NCBI GenBank assembly: GCA_050115495.1
Contig: JASFQK010000013.1
Location: 1 to 64,000, forward strand
Length of the DNA: 64,000 bases
Source: Phycisphaerae bacterium
GTDB taxonomy: Bacteria > Planctomycetota > Phycisphaerae > UBA1845 > Fen-1342
Reading direction: 5' to 3'
Positions 20,224 to 29,589 of the stretch are shown here, one piece after another (the first letter of the stretch is position 1; each line of letters starts with the position of its first letter). A program made the position numbers and the translations under genes. The notes under the pieces were generated by a model. That model saw nothing but the letters and a program-made list of their open reading frames with translations, searched no databases and had not been told where the DNA came from.

Positions 20224-20404
20224 CAGACTGGGGTCCGAACGGATTGGCGTTCGGGCGGGGGCGGCGGGTTCACTGGGCAGGGGGGGGGGGGGGGGGTAGA
20301 CTGCGACGTTTCGGCCGCCGCTGTCGGTCCGCCATGCGGGTCGCCGGCGGCGAGGCCGGTCATCCGTAGATATTGAACCCTGACAGCCGAGGCTGGGAGC
20401 CGTC

Positions 20405-23400
20405 ATGAGTAGCGGTGGGAGTTACGATCCGCGTGCGGTCGAGAGCGAGATCTACCGGTTCTGGGAGGAGGGCGGTCACTTCCACGCCACGCCCGACCCG
20501 GCGAAGCGGCCGTTCGTCATCGACATCCCCCTGCCCAACGTTACCGGGGCCCTGCACCTCGGCCACGCCCTGAACAACACGCTCCAGGACATCCTCATCC
20601 GCCACAAACGCATGGCCGGCTGGCAGGCGATGTGGATGCCGGGGACCGACCACGCCGGCATCGCCACGCAGGCCGTCGTCGAACGCCGACTCAAGGAAGA
20701 GCAGAACCTCACCCGCCACGAACTCGGCCGCGACGGGCTGGTGAAGAAGATCTGGGAGTGGAAGGAGCAGTACGGCGGGCGGATTCTGCGGCAGCTTCGG
20801 CAGATTGGCTGCTCGTGCGACTGGGAGCGGACGCGGTTCACGCTCGACGACGTCTGCGCGAAGGCGGTCTACGAGGTCTTCTTCCAATGGTTCAAGGCGG
20901 GGTTGATCTATCGCGGACAGCGGCTGGTCAACTGGGACGCCCAGCTCCAGACCGCCGTCTCGGACGATGAGATTTTCCACGAGACGGTGAAGGGGCACCT
21001 GTGGCACTACCGGTATCCGATTCTGACTGTCGAAGAAGCCAGCGGCGGGTCGGGCGGTGTCTCGGAAGAGGTGGCCCGGTCGGCGACCGCTCGCGCCACG
21101 CGCGACGGGGCGAAGCTCGGCGTCGACTATCTGTGCATCGCGACGACGCGGCCGGAGACGATGCTGGGTGATACGGCCCTTGCCGTGCATCCTGACGATA
21201 AACGCTACCGCAAGCTGATCGGCCGGCACGTGCTGTTACCGCTTCAGAACCGACCGATTCCGATCATCGGTGACGACATTCTCGTCGAGATGACGTTCGG
21301 CACCGGCTGCGTGAAGGTGACACCGGGGCACGACCCGAACGACTATGAGTTCGGCCTGCGGCACAAGGTGCCGATGATCAACATCCTCACGCCGGACGGA
21401 CGGATCAACGAGAACGGTGGGGCCTATCGGGGGCTCGAACGCTACGCCGCCCGGCAGAAGGTCGTCGAGGACCTCCAGCAGCTTGGCCTCGTCGAGCAGA
21501 TCGAGGACTACGAGACGGAGATCGGGCACAGCGACCGCTCGAAGACGCCGATCGAGCCGATGCTCTCCGAGCAGTGGTTCGTGAACATGGGCGATCTCGC
21601 CGAACGGGCGATGGAAGCCGTCCGCGACGGCCGTGTGCAGTTCTTCCCGCAGCGCTACGAGAAGACGTACCTCGATTGGCTCGGTGAGAAGCGCGACTGG
21701 TGCATCAGCCGGCAGCTTTGGTGGGGGCATCGGATACCCGTCTGGACGAAGCGCGACTCTGCACTGCACTTCGATGACTTAGACAAGCAAATCCCCGAAA
21801 TGGAGACAACGAAGAGCCGGTCGACGATCACCGTTCGTGGAGTCGAACTCCCGGCGCAGGAGAGGCGCGAGGGCCCCCATACTCTGATTACTTCCGTGTG
21901 CGTTCTGCCCTGGATGACGGATGCAATCGAGGCTCTCGAAACGGCTGGGTACGAACAGGACCCCGACGTCCTCGACACGTGGTTCAGCTCCGCGTTGTGG
22001 CCGTTCAGCACGTTGCGCTGGCCCGATGTCGAGGGCAACGCGGACCTCGAGTACTTCCATCCCACGAGCGTGCTCATCACCGCCCGCGAGATCATCACGC
22101 TGTGGGTCGCCCGTATGGTCATGAACGGCCTGTACTTCACCGGCCGCGTGCCGTTCCAGCACGTCCACATCCACCCCAACATCCAGGACGGCCAGGGCCG
22201 GCGGATGAGCAAGTCGGCCGGCAACGGCGTCGATCCGGTGGACATCATCGAGCAGTACGGCACCGACGCCCTGCGTTTCACGATGGCCCAGATGGACACC
22301 GAGACGCAGGACGCCCGCCTGCCCGTCGCGTACCTCTGCCCGCATTGCGGCCACCTGACGCCGCAAGCGACGGTCGTTCCGCAGGGCAAGGTCCCGGCGC
22401 AGGTGCACGAGGCGAAGTGCACCGGCTGCCATAAGCCGTTCGCGACGGTCTGGGCCCCGGAGGAGAAGAAGCAGCGGCTCGGCGTGGCCATCGACACGTC
22501 GGACCGCTTCGAGATGGGGCGCAATTTCTGCAACAAGATCTGGCAGGCCGCGACCGGCTTCGTGATTCCGAACCTCGCTGGCGCGGAACCGCGACCGCTG
22601 ACGGCGAAGGACCTGGAGCTGGAGGACCTGTGGATCCTATCGCGGCTGTCGGCGTGCATCGCCGAGTGCGACCGCCGACTGGCCCGGTATCAGCTCAGCG
22701 ACGTGGCGGCGACGCTGTACGGGTTCTTCTGGAACGAGCTGTGCGACTGGTACCTGGAGCTGGTCAAGACGCGGCTGTTCGGGCGGAACGACGCTGGCGA
22801 GGTCGTGCAGCACACGGACGCGTCGGCGGGCGTCGCCCGGCAGGTGTTGGCGTGGGTGCTCGACCAGTCGCTCCGGCTGCTGCATCCGGTGCTGCCGTTC
22901 GTTACCGAGGCCGTCTGGCGGCAGCTTAACGAGGCGGCTCCGCGTCGTGGCGTGACCGAGCTCATCGACGGTGAGCCGGCGCTCATCGCCGCCGCGTGGC
23001 CGGATGCGAACGCCTGGCGGCGTGATCCGGCGATCGAGGAAGAGCTCGAAGCGCTTCAGAACGTCATCAAGGGCTTGCGCGACACGCTGGCCTGGATCAA
23101 CAGCACGCGGGCGGCGGCGAAGACGCCGGCGATCGGCAAGCTGCCGCGGGCGGTCATTCGGGCCAGTGCGTCGCTCGCCGCCGGCTTGCAGCAGCAAGCG
23201 GCGGTGATCGGTCGGTTGGGCCGGTGCGTCGAGTTGGAGATCGGGGCGGACGTGGCCAAGCCGGCGGAGTCGGCGACGAAGGTCTTCGCCGGCGTCGAGG
23301 TGTATGTGCCGATCGCCGGTTTGGCGGATCTGGAGGCCGAGCGGCAGCGGTTGGGTAAGCAGCGGGACGAGTTGCAGGGCCACATTCAGCGGCTGGAGGC

Positions 23401-23530
23401 CAAGCTGGCCAACGAGGGCTTCGTGGCGAAGGCCCCGCCGGCGGTCGTGCAGCGCGAGCGTGAGCGGCTGGCCGAATTATGCGAGAAATTGGCGGCCGTC
23501 GATCGCAATCTGGCGGAGGTTGGCACGTAA
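20405..23530 (+). CDS. valS: Valine--tRNA ligase
   Basis: PNVTGALHLGH, GTDHAGIATQ, DWCISRQLWWGHRIP, DVLDTWFSS, RMSKS, CDWYLE, KLANEGFVAKAP. Confidence 0.98.
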   Translation: MSSGGSYDPRAVESEIYRFWEEGGHFHATPDPAKRPFVIDIPLPNVTGALHLGHALNNTLQDILIRHKRMAGWQAMWMPGTDHAGIATQAVVERRLKEEQNLTRHELGRDGLVKKIWEWKEQYGGRILRQLRQIGCSCDWERTRFTLDDVCAKAVYEVFFQWFKAGLIYRGQRLVNWDAQLQTAVSDDEIFHETVKGHLWHYRYPILTVEEASGGSGGVSEEVARSATARATRDGAKLGVDYLCIATTRPETMLGDTALAVHPDDKRYRKLIGRHVLLPLQNRPIPIIGDDILVEMTFGTGCVKVTPGHDPNDYEFGLRHKVPMINILTPDGRINENGGAYRGLERYAARQKVVEDLQQLGLVEQIEDYETEIGHSDRSKTPIEPMLSEQWFVNMGDLAERAMEAVRDGRVQFFPQRYEKTYLDWLGEKRDWCISRQLWWGHRIPVWTKRDSALHFDDLDKQIPEMETTKSRSTITVRGVELPAQERREGPHTLITSVCVLPWMTDAIEALETAGYEQDPDVLDTWFSSALWPFSTLRWPDVEGNADLEYFHPTSVLITAREIITLWVARMVMNGLYFTGRVPFQHVHIHPNIQDGQGRRMSKSAGNGVDPVDIIEQYGTDALRFTMAQMDTETQDARLPVAYLCPHCGHLTPQATVVPQGKVPAQVHEAKCTGCHKPFATVWAPEEKKQRLGVAIDTSDRFEMGRNFCNKIWQAATGFVIPNLAGAEPRPLTAKDLELEDLWILSRLSACIAECDRRLARYQLSDVAATLYGFFWNELCDWYLELVKTRLFGRNDAGEVVQHTDASAGVARQVLAWVLDQSLRLLHPVLPFVTEAVWRQLNEAAPRRGVTELIDGEPALIAAAWPDANAWRRDPAIEEELEALQNVIKGLRDTLAWINSTRAAAKTPAIGKLPRAVIRASASLAAGLQQQAAVIGRLGRCVELEIGADVAKPAESATKVFAGVEVYVPIAGLADLEAERQRLGKQRDELQGHIQRLEAKLANEGFVAKAPPAVVQRERERLAELCEKLAAVDRNLAEVGT

Positions 23531-23568
23531 TGGCAGTCGGCCGGCCGTGGGCAGGCGTGGGTGCAGAT

Positions 23569-23599
23569 GACCCGCTCGCTGCCGCTCGGGGCTCGGATG
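23569..23599. repeat. REP-like repeat, family B
   Basis: GACCCGCTCGCTGCCGCTCGGGGCTCGGATG, nearly identical to 9870-9900. Confidence 0.8.
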
Positions 23600-23782
23600 G
23601 GCGCAGCGGGACCGGAGTCGGGGGTGTGGTGGTTTCATAGATGGCGGCTTGTGACCCCGCTGGCCGGGTTTCGGCGAGGTTGGGCCGCCGGTCCCGGGGC
23701 CGGCGCTTGCCATTGCCGCCCAGGGTGGTAAAATGACCTGTCTATTGAGCGATCGCGTCGCCGGCGGGCGGCGTGGCACCAT

Positions 23783-23857
<75 letters not shown>

Positions 23858-24024
23858 TTCGACGAGCCCCCCTCTATAGAGATAGCAGAACCGCTTCCGT
23901 TATTCCACCAGGGCATGCACAGCTCGATCACCAGCGCCGCCGGCCGAGTCTCCCGCGCAGTGATTGCACTCCAAGCTCTCGCGCTGTAGTTCGGACGATT
24001 ACAGCGCCGGATGGTCTAATCCTT

Positions 24025-27000
24025 CTATGGTTGCGAGCCGGTAAACGCTTGCTGGAAGCTGGCGAAGTCAGCTAGGTCAACGTCTTGATCGGCATCGAGC
24101 TTCGCCGCGTCACAGCCGTCGGGTGGCGCGAGGTCCGGGCCGCTCATGCACCCGGTGAAAGCACTGAAGTCATCGATGTCCACATCGCCATCGCCGTCCA
24201 GGTCGCCCGGCAGAGTCACTGATGTGACGATCACGCTGTTGGCGTTGCAGGTGACATCGAATTGCCCCGGTCCGGTCACTGTGTCGAAGGTACCGGACAC
24301 AGCACCGGCGGTCAGGATCACGTAGCTCTGTCCTAGCTCCCACTCATACCCGTCGATCAGACTGATATCGAGCGTACCGCTGAGGTTGGCCGTGCCGGTC
24401 ACGACCAGTTGATCGTGCTCAGCGCCCGGTGTGACGCCTCCGATCTCGATCTCGAGCGTGCTTTCGGTCTGCGGAGTGTAGTCGCCGTCAATGGTCAGTA
24501 CGCCGGCACTGTTGCCCGGGACAACCATGCCGTTCGTCGTGACCGTTAGGTCGCTGGCCAGCGTACCTGTACCGGTCAGCGTACCGCCACCGCTGAAGAG
24601 CACGGTGTTGGGGATAGTCACTCCCGCGGGGATCGCGAGCACGCGGTAGCCTCCGTACAGCGTGATGGGCCCGGTGCCGCAGGCGGTGTCGTTGTCCGCA
24701 ACCAAGGTCCCCACATCTACGTGTGTGCCACCGTCATAGGTGTTGTTCCCCCCCAAGGTCAGCATGCCTTCCCCCGCCTTGCGGAAGACACCGCCGGCGC
24801 CAGTGATCAGTCCGGCGAACTCCGCCTGGTCGTCGACAAGCAATCTGACTTCCTTGTCTTGCAGATCGAGCTGCCCCTCTCCCGAGAGTGAGGCGATCGT
24901 AAAGCAGTAGTCAACGGCGACGCGGAACATGGCTCCGGAGGCGATGGCCAGATCGGGCGGGGCCCCGGGGGCGTCCCCGCCGAACTCCATCGTGCCAGCC
25001 TGTACGTCCAGATCGCCGGTGTAGCCGGTTCCATTTGCGACGGACAGGGCCAGCGTGCCGGCTCCGGTCTTGGTGAGATCTCCCTCGCCGTTGAGGTCAC
25101 CGCTGATGGCCAGCGCATGGGCCGGCTCGACCACTTCGATCGTCCCGCCGCCGGCGTACAGCGCCAGACTCCGGCTTGTGTTGGCGAAGTCGGTGCCGGT
25201 AACCTGGAGCGTTCCACCGTCAAAGGCGAGGCCGCCATAGGCGGCGCCGAGCTGGTCGTCGGCCGAGGCGGTCAGAACCCCGTTCACGAAGTGTGTGCCG
25301 CCGGTATGGGTGTTCGCCACACTGAGCGTCACCGTTCCGCTGCCGTCCTTGCCGAACGCGCCGTCGCCTGAGACGGGCATGTTGAACGCGAACGTCTCAT
25401 CGCCGCCGCCGACGCGCAACGCGGCCCAGTTGTCGAGCGTCACCTGCCCCCCACCGTCCAATAGGCCAACCGTCTCCTGAACGCCGTCGATCATGAAGGT
25501 GGCGCCGGACTCGACCTCCACGTGGCCGCTGTCCGGCAGACGCTCGTTCGCGTTGGCCACGCAGAGCGTGCCGCTCTCGACGTAGGTCCTGCCGGCGTGG
25601 TCACACTGACCGGTCAGCGTCAGCACGCCGGAGCCCCGCTTCCAGACTTCGCCGTTGCCGGCGAAGCCGCCGCCGAACGTGGTGTCTTCGTTGTCGTTGC
25701 CCAGGCCGACGATGTAGCCGTTGGTGTCCAGTTGCCCGTTGCAGCTCAGTCCGCCGAAGTTCTGATCGCTGTCGATGCGGAGCGTGGTCCAGAGGCACAT
25801 GTCGGTGTCCAGGCCGAGTGATTGCTCGTTGCTGGCGACCAGCATGCCGGAGTTGACCGCAATGAAGCTTAGCTCGCTGTTGTCGCCGCTGAGGGTGAGC
25901 GTGCCCGAGCCGATCTTCGTCACGCTACCGCTGAGCGTACCCTCGAAGGTCGACGTTGCATCGCCGCCGCCGACGAGCAGCCAGCCGTTGCTGGTCGTCG
26001 CGTTGCCCTGCCCGGTCAGGGCGCCGATCGTCTCATTGATGCCGTCGACCAGGAAGGTACTCTCGGCGTCCACGTTGACTTCGCCGGTGTCGGCCAGGCG
26101 TTCGTCTGCGCCGGTGACCTGTACGGTGCCGGCGTCGATGAACGTTCCGCCGGTGTAGGTGTTGGCCCCGGCGAGCGTCAGCGTGCCGGCGCCCTTCTTT
26201 TCCACTTGGCCGCCGCCGCTGATTTCCCCGTCGAAGATCGAGTCTTCTCCGTCGTTGCCCAGACCGATCGCGTAGCCGTTTGTGTCAATCTGACCATCCC
26301 CCGCCAAGCCGCCCCAGCCCACGGCATCTTCGAGCAGCAGCGTTGCTCCGGAAGCAACGTCCACATCTGTGTAGTCGCCCAGGCTGTCGTTGACGCCGGC
26401 GGTCAGGGAACCTTCGTTCACGTGGATCGTGCCGGCATACGCGCTGTTGTCGCCGGTCAGTGACAACGTGCCCGGTCCGGCCTTGGTCAGGTCCCCGCTG
26501 CCGGTGAGGTCCTGAGTCACCGTGAAGGTATGGCTTGGCTCGACAATGTCGAAGCCGCCGCCGTTCGCTTCCCATACAATCGGCAAGGTCGTGCTGCCGA
26601 AGGTCGTCCCGGTGATCTGAAGCATCCCGCCGTCGAACGTCAGCGGCCCGGCCGTGCCGTAGCGGTCGCCGAGGTGTGTTTGGTCGGAGACGCTGAGTCT
26701 GCCACCGAGGAGCACGGTTCCGCCGGTGTAATCGTTGCTGGCATTGCTGAATGTCAGCGTACCGCCGCCGGACTTGACTATAGAACCCCCGGGGTCCAAC
26801 TCGTCCACGTAGCCGGTAAACTCCGTCGTTTGCCCGCCGGCCCCAACCGTGATCTGAATTCCATGGTATAGGCATAAACGGCCGTTGCCGGCCAAGCCCC
26901 CAAACGTCTCGCCGGTGATGAAGAACTGGGCGACGCCTCCCCAAAACAGCAGTGTAGCGTCATCCGTAAGGATATCGGATGCTTCGAAGCTGAGATGACC

Positions 27001-27465
27001 ATAGTTGACGATGACGTTACCGGACACCGTGCTGTCCCTAGCTAGAATCAGGTTCCCGCCGCCGAGCTTGATGAACCCGTCGTCAGTGTTGAGGGGCACG
27101 ATCACGGTTGTGGTCGTTTCCGCCGTGATGGCGGGCGTTCCGCTCGGCGCGGATAGCGTGAGTGTGCCGCCGGGGCTACCTGCCCGGAGAGACCACCGCT
27201 GGCCGCTGCCCCCGCCGACGGAGAACTCGAGGTGGCCGATCGTCCGGTCGCCATTGAGGTAGACCGTTCTGAGCGCACTGATGTCGAGCGTGAAGTAGGC
27301 CGTATGGCCGGCCCCGTCGGCGATGATGCCGTCAACCCAGTTGCTGGGGTCGTCCCAGTCGCCGTCGGCGTCCACGGCCCACCAGCCGTCATCTGCAACC
27401 GCCGTGCCGTTCACCGTCAAACAAATCAAGGTTAGGGCGAATCCCGAGATGTGAAAGAGACGCAT
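24025..27465 (-). CDS. Exported beta-helix protein with autotransporter-associated (PATR) repeats and a C-terminal dockerin-like domain
   Basis: Signal peptide; many K.G.GTLTL.G.NTYTGGT repeats; PGNSAGVLTI..HDQLVVTG module; C-terminal GDLDGDGDVDIDDF...DADQDVDLADF. No beta-barrel. Confidence 0.88.
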   Translation of the reverse strand: MRLFHISGFALTLICLTVNGTAVADDGWWAVDADGDWDDPSNWVDGIIADGAGHTAYFTLDISALRTVYLNGDRTIGHLEFSVGGGSGQRWSLRAGSPGGTLTLSAPSGTPAITAETTTTVIVPLNTDDGFIKLGGGNLILARDSTVSGNVIVNYGHLSFEASDILTDDATLLFWGGVAQFFITGETFGGLAGNGRLCLYHGIQITVGAGGQTTEFTGYVDELDPGGSIVKSGGGTLTFSNASNDYTGGTVLLGGRLSVSDQTHLGDRYGTAGPLTFDGGMLQITGTTFGSTTLPIVWEANGGGFDIVEPSHTFTVTQDLTGSGDLTKAGPGTLSLTGDNSAYAGTIHVNEGSLTAGVNDSLGDYTDVDVASGATLLLEDAVGWGGLAGDGQIDTNGYAIGLGNDGEDSIFDGEISGGGQVEKKGAGTLTLAGANTYTGGTFIDAGTVQVTGADERLADTGEVNVDAESTFLVDGINETIGALTGQGNATTSNGWLLVGGGDATSTFEGTLSGSVTKIGSGTLTLSGDNSELSFIAVNSGMLVASNEQSLGLDTDMCLWTTLRIDSDQNFGGLSCNGQLDTNGYIVGLGNDNEDTTFGGGFAGNGEVWKRGSGVLTLTGQCDHAGRTYVESGTLCVANANERLPDSGHVEVESGATFMIDGVQETVGLLDGGGQVTLDNWAALRVGGGDETFAFNMPVSGDGAFGKDGSGTVTLSVANTHTGGTHFVNGVLTASADDQLGAAYGGLAFDGGTLQVTGTDFANTSRSLALYAGGGTIEVVEPAHALAISGDLNGEGDLTKTGAGTLALSVANGTGYTGDLDVQAGTMEFGGDAPGAPPDLAIASGAMFRVAVDYCFTIASLSGEGQLDLQDKEVRLLVDDQAEFAGLITGAGGVFRKAGEGMLTLGGNNTYDGGTHVDVGTLVADNDTACGTGPITLYGGYRVLAIPAGVTIPNTVLFSGGGTLTGTGTLASDLTVTTNGMVVPGNSAGVLTIDGDYTPQTESTLEIEIGGVTPGAEHDQLVVTGTANLSGTLDISLIDGYEWELGQSYVILTAGAVSGTFDTVTGPGQFDVTCNANSVIVTSVTLPGDLDGDGDVDIDDFSAFTGCMSGPDLAPPDGCDAAKLDADQDVDLADFASFQQAFTGSQP

Positions 27466-28013
27466 GGAACCCTCTCCTCTCCAAAGTGCAGACCGTACCG
27501 TGATTCAAAATCGACGATCGGCCGCGGCGGCAGAACAGCACAAACAGCCAAATTACCCTCATTGTAGCAAAACGGGTCCGCGTTTCCAAGACGCAACCCG
27601 TCTTCGCTACGAGGCCTTCCACCCAATAATCTGGCGTCAGAGGGATCGCGACCAGCGTCCTACCGCCAGCCGGTCGGGAGGCCGAGTGCGTGGCCACGCA
27701 CGCTACCGCTGGCGGTCTGTTGCCGCGTTGTGCAGCCGACGGCATCGCGCGGTGATTCACTGACATACAACAAGCAGCGCCTCGACAGCCACGCCGGACA
27801 GGCCGAAGGCACCCGCTACGAAAAGTTCTAGCCGTGTCCAGTCACCCCGATTTTCGCCCTGCGGGCGAAATAAGAATAGAGCAGGAGAGAGGAATAAGTA
27901 GAAAGTAGAACCGCGACGGCCACGCTCGATTATTGAGCGTCGTTCGCCGCGGACGACGCCTCTCCTGCGGCCTCCTCTCTACTTTCCACTCACTGATCTG
28001 GGGGAAGCGCAGG

Positions 28014-28182
28014 ATGCCGTTCGCATTCGAAAAACTCATCGTCTATCAAAAGGCCGTGGACTTCGCTGACCGGGTTCTTGACGTCACCGAGGGATTCCCG
28101 CACGGCTACGGCTTCCTTGCCGACCAGTTGAACCGCGCATCGGTTTCGATCGCCGCCAATCTCGCCGAAAGGCAACGGTCGG
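28014..28182 (+). pseudogene. Truncated, frameshifted four-helix-bundle (23S rRNA IVP family) protein
   Basis: MPFAFEKLIVYQKA...LADQLNRASVSIAANLAE. An extra A at 28168-28170 disrupts the expected AEGNGR, and similarity ends soon after. Confidence 0.75.
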
Positions 28183-28228
28183 CCAGCACAGGGTGCTTGC
28201 GCGTGTTCCCTCGCGATTGTAGCCGTCT

Positions 28229-28879
28229 TCACTCCGTGTGCGTGTCTTCCCGAACCGCGTCGGGTGTGGCTCGTGGCAGGTAGATGCAGAGGATGCTGTC
28301 TGCACTTTCCGCGTATGCTCCGTCGGCTATCGGCTCGCCACGGTAGCCGCTCTCGCGGTTGGGTTTGCACGGCAGTATCACGTTGCTCGTGAGCCAGACC
28401 GTTTTGTGGCCGGGTGCTGAGGCGACGATCACGGCGTCGTACGTGTGGTAGAGGCAGGGGCCCAGCACCGCCGGCAGCGGGAACCAAACCTGGACCCACG
28501 AGCACTTCGTCCGTGGTGTCGCCTCGAATTCGCCTTCGCCGATGCGATCCGCCGGCCATGTCTCGCAACGGCCGCGGCGGTCGATGTCGAGCACTCTCCG
28601 GAAACCATCCGGCGAGTCGGCCACGCTCCAGCAGCCCGCCGGCTCAAACCAGTTGTGCTGTTCGTGCAGAAAGATCGACACGTTCGCGTTCGGCAGTGGC
28701 TGCCGCGTGTCGTACGCTCGGACGCTGATTCGGCAAAGCCGCTCGCGCGGGAACGTCGTCGCGTAAGGAACGTGTACCAGCCCACATCCGCACGTGAGCA
28801 GGCACAGAACGGCGTAACCGATGACACCCGCGCACCGGGACAGGCTGATGCGGCGGACTTGCCTGCCTAACAGGGTCAT
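28229..28879 (-). CDS. Hypothetical lipoprotein
   Basis: Basic N-terminus, hydrophobic stretch and LTCGC lipobox-like motif; start uncertain. Confidence 0.5.
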   Translation of the reverse strand: MTLLGRQVRRISLSRCAGVIGYAVLCLLTCGCGLVHVPYATTFPRERLCRISVRAYDTRQPLPNANVSIFLHEQHNWFEPAGCWSVADSPDGFRRVLDIDRRGRCETWPADRIGEGEFEATPRTKCSWVQVWFPLPAVLGPCLYHTYDAVIVASAPGHKTVWLTSNVILPCKPNRESGYRGEPIADGAYAESADSILCIYLPRATPDAVREDTHTE

Positions 28880-29016
28880 GTTTGCTCCCCACATTTCGGA
28901 CGCGCGTGTCATGCGGCCTCGCCCCGTGCCATATGCACGCAGTACATGGTACCGCTCTGCGCCAGCGACGACTACAGCCAACTGAGTCTTGCCGCGGCGT
29001 TGGCCGGTCGGCGGCG

Positions 29017-29538
29017 TTACGGCACCGGTCGGTCGAGCACGTACAAGCCGAAGACGCGGTCGTCGCAGGTGACGTTGCCCGTGCAACGCATGCCGACCTT
29101 CTCCGCCACGCGCCGGGAGGCCGGGTTGTCGGAAGAGACGAGCGAGATGAGACGGTCGAGGCCGAGTGCGTTGAAGGCGTGGTCGCGAATGGCGAGTGCC
29201 GCCTCGGTAGCGATGCCGCGGCCCCACCAGGCCGAGGCGATCTGATACGTCAGCTCAACGTAATCACCGGTGTCGAGCACCTGCCGCCGCAGGCCGCAGC
29301 GTCCGATGATCTCGTCGGTTTCCCGCCAGATCGTGGCCCAGATGCCGAAGCCGTCGGCGCGGTACGCGCGGGCGATGTAGGCGGCGAGACGGGTACGTTC
29401 CGCCGGGACGGAGTTGTCGGCGGGGGCGGGCATGTCGCGCATCATTTGCGCGTCGGCATTCAGGCGGCACATCGCCGGCGCATCGGCTGGTGTGAACTCG
29501 CGAAGGCGTAAGCGAGGTGTTTCGGCGATTGTGTGCAT
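29017..29538 (-). CDS. GNAT acetyltransferase, RimJ/RimL family
   Basis: ETPRLRLREFT, IGRCGL, WWGRGIATEAA, NPASRRVAEKVGM. Confidence 0.9.
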   Translation of the reverse strand: MHTIAETPRLRLREFTPADAPAMCRLNADAQMMRDMPAPADNSVPAERTRLAAYIARAYRADGFGIWATIWRETDEIIGRCGLRRQVLDTGDYVELTYQIASAWWGRGIATEAALAIRDHAFNALGLDRLISLVSSDNPASRRVAEKVGMRCTGNVTCDDRVFGLYVLDRPVP

Positions 29539-29589
29539 AGCGCTCCCTTGATCAATCCGGCATGTGGCGCGACGGAGACTGAGTTGTGA

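Noticed and set aside
20297..20404. T-box riboswitch upstream of valS
   Set aside because: No T-box consensus or terminator/antiterminator recognised; the upstream space is occupied by REP-like repeats.
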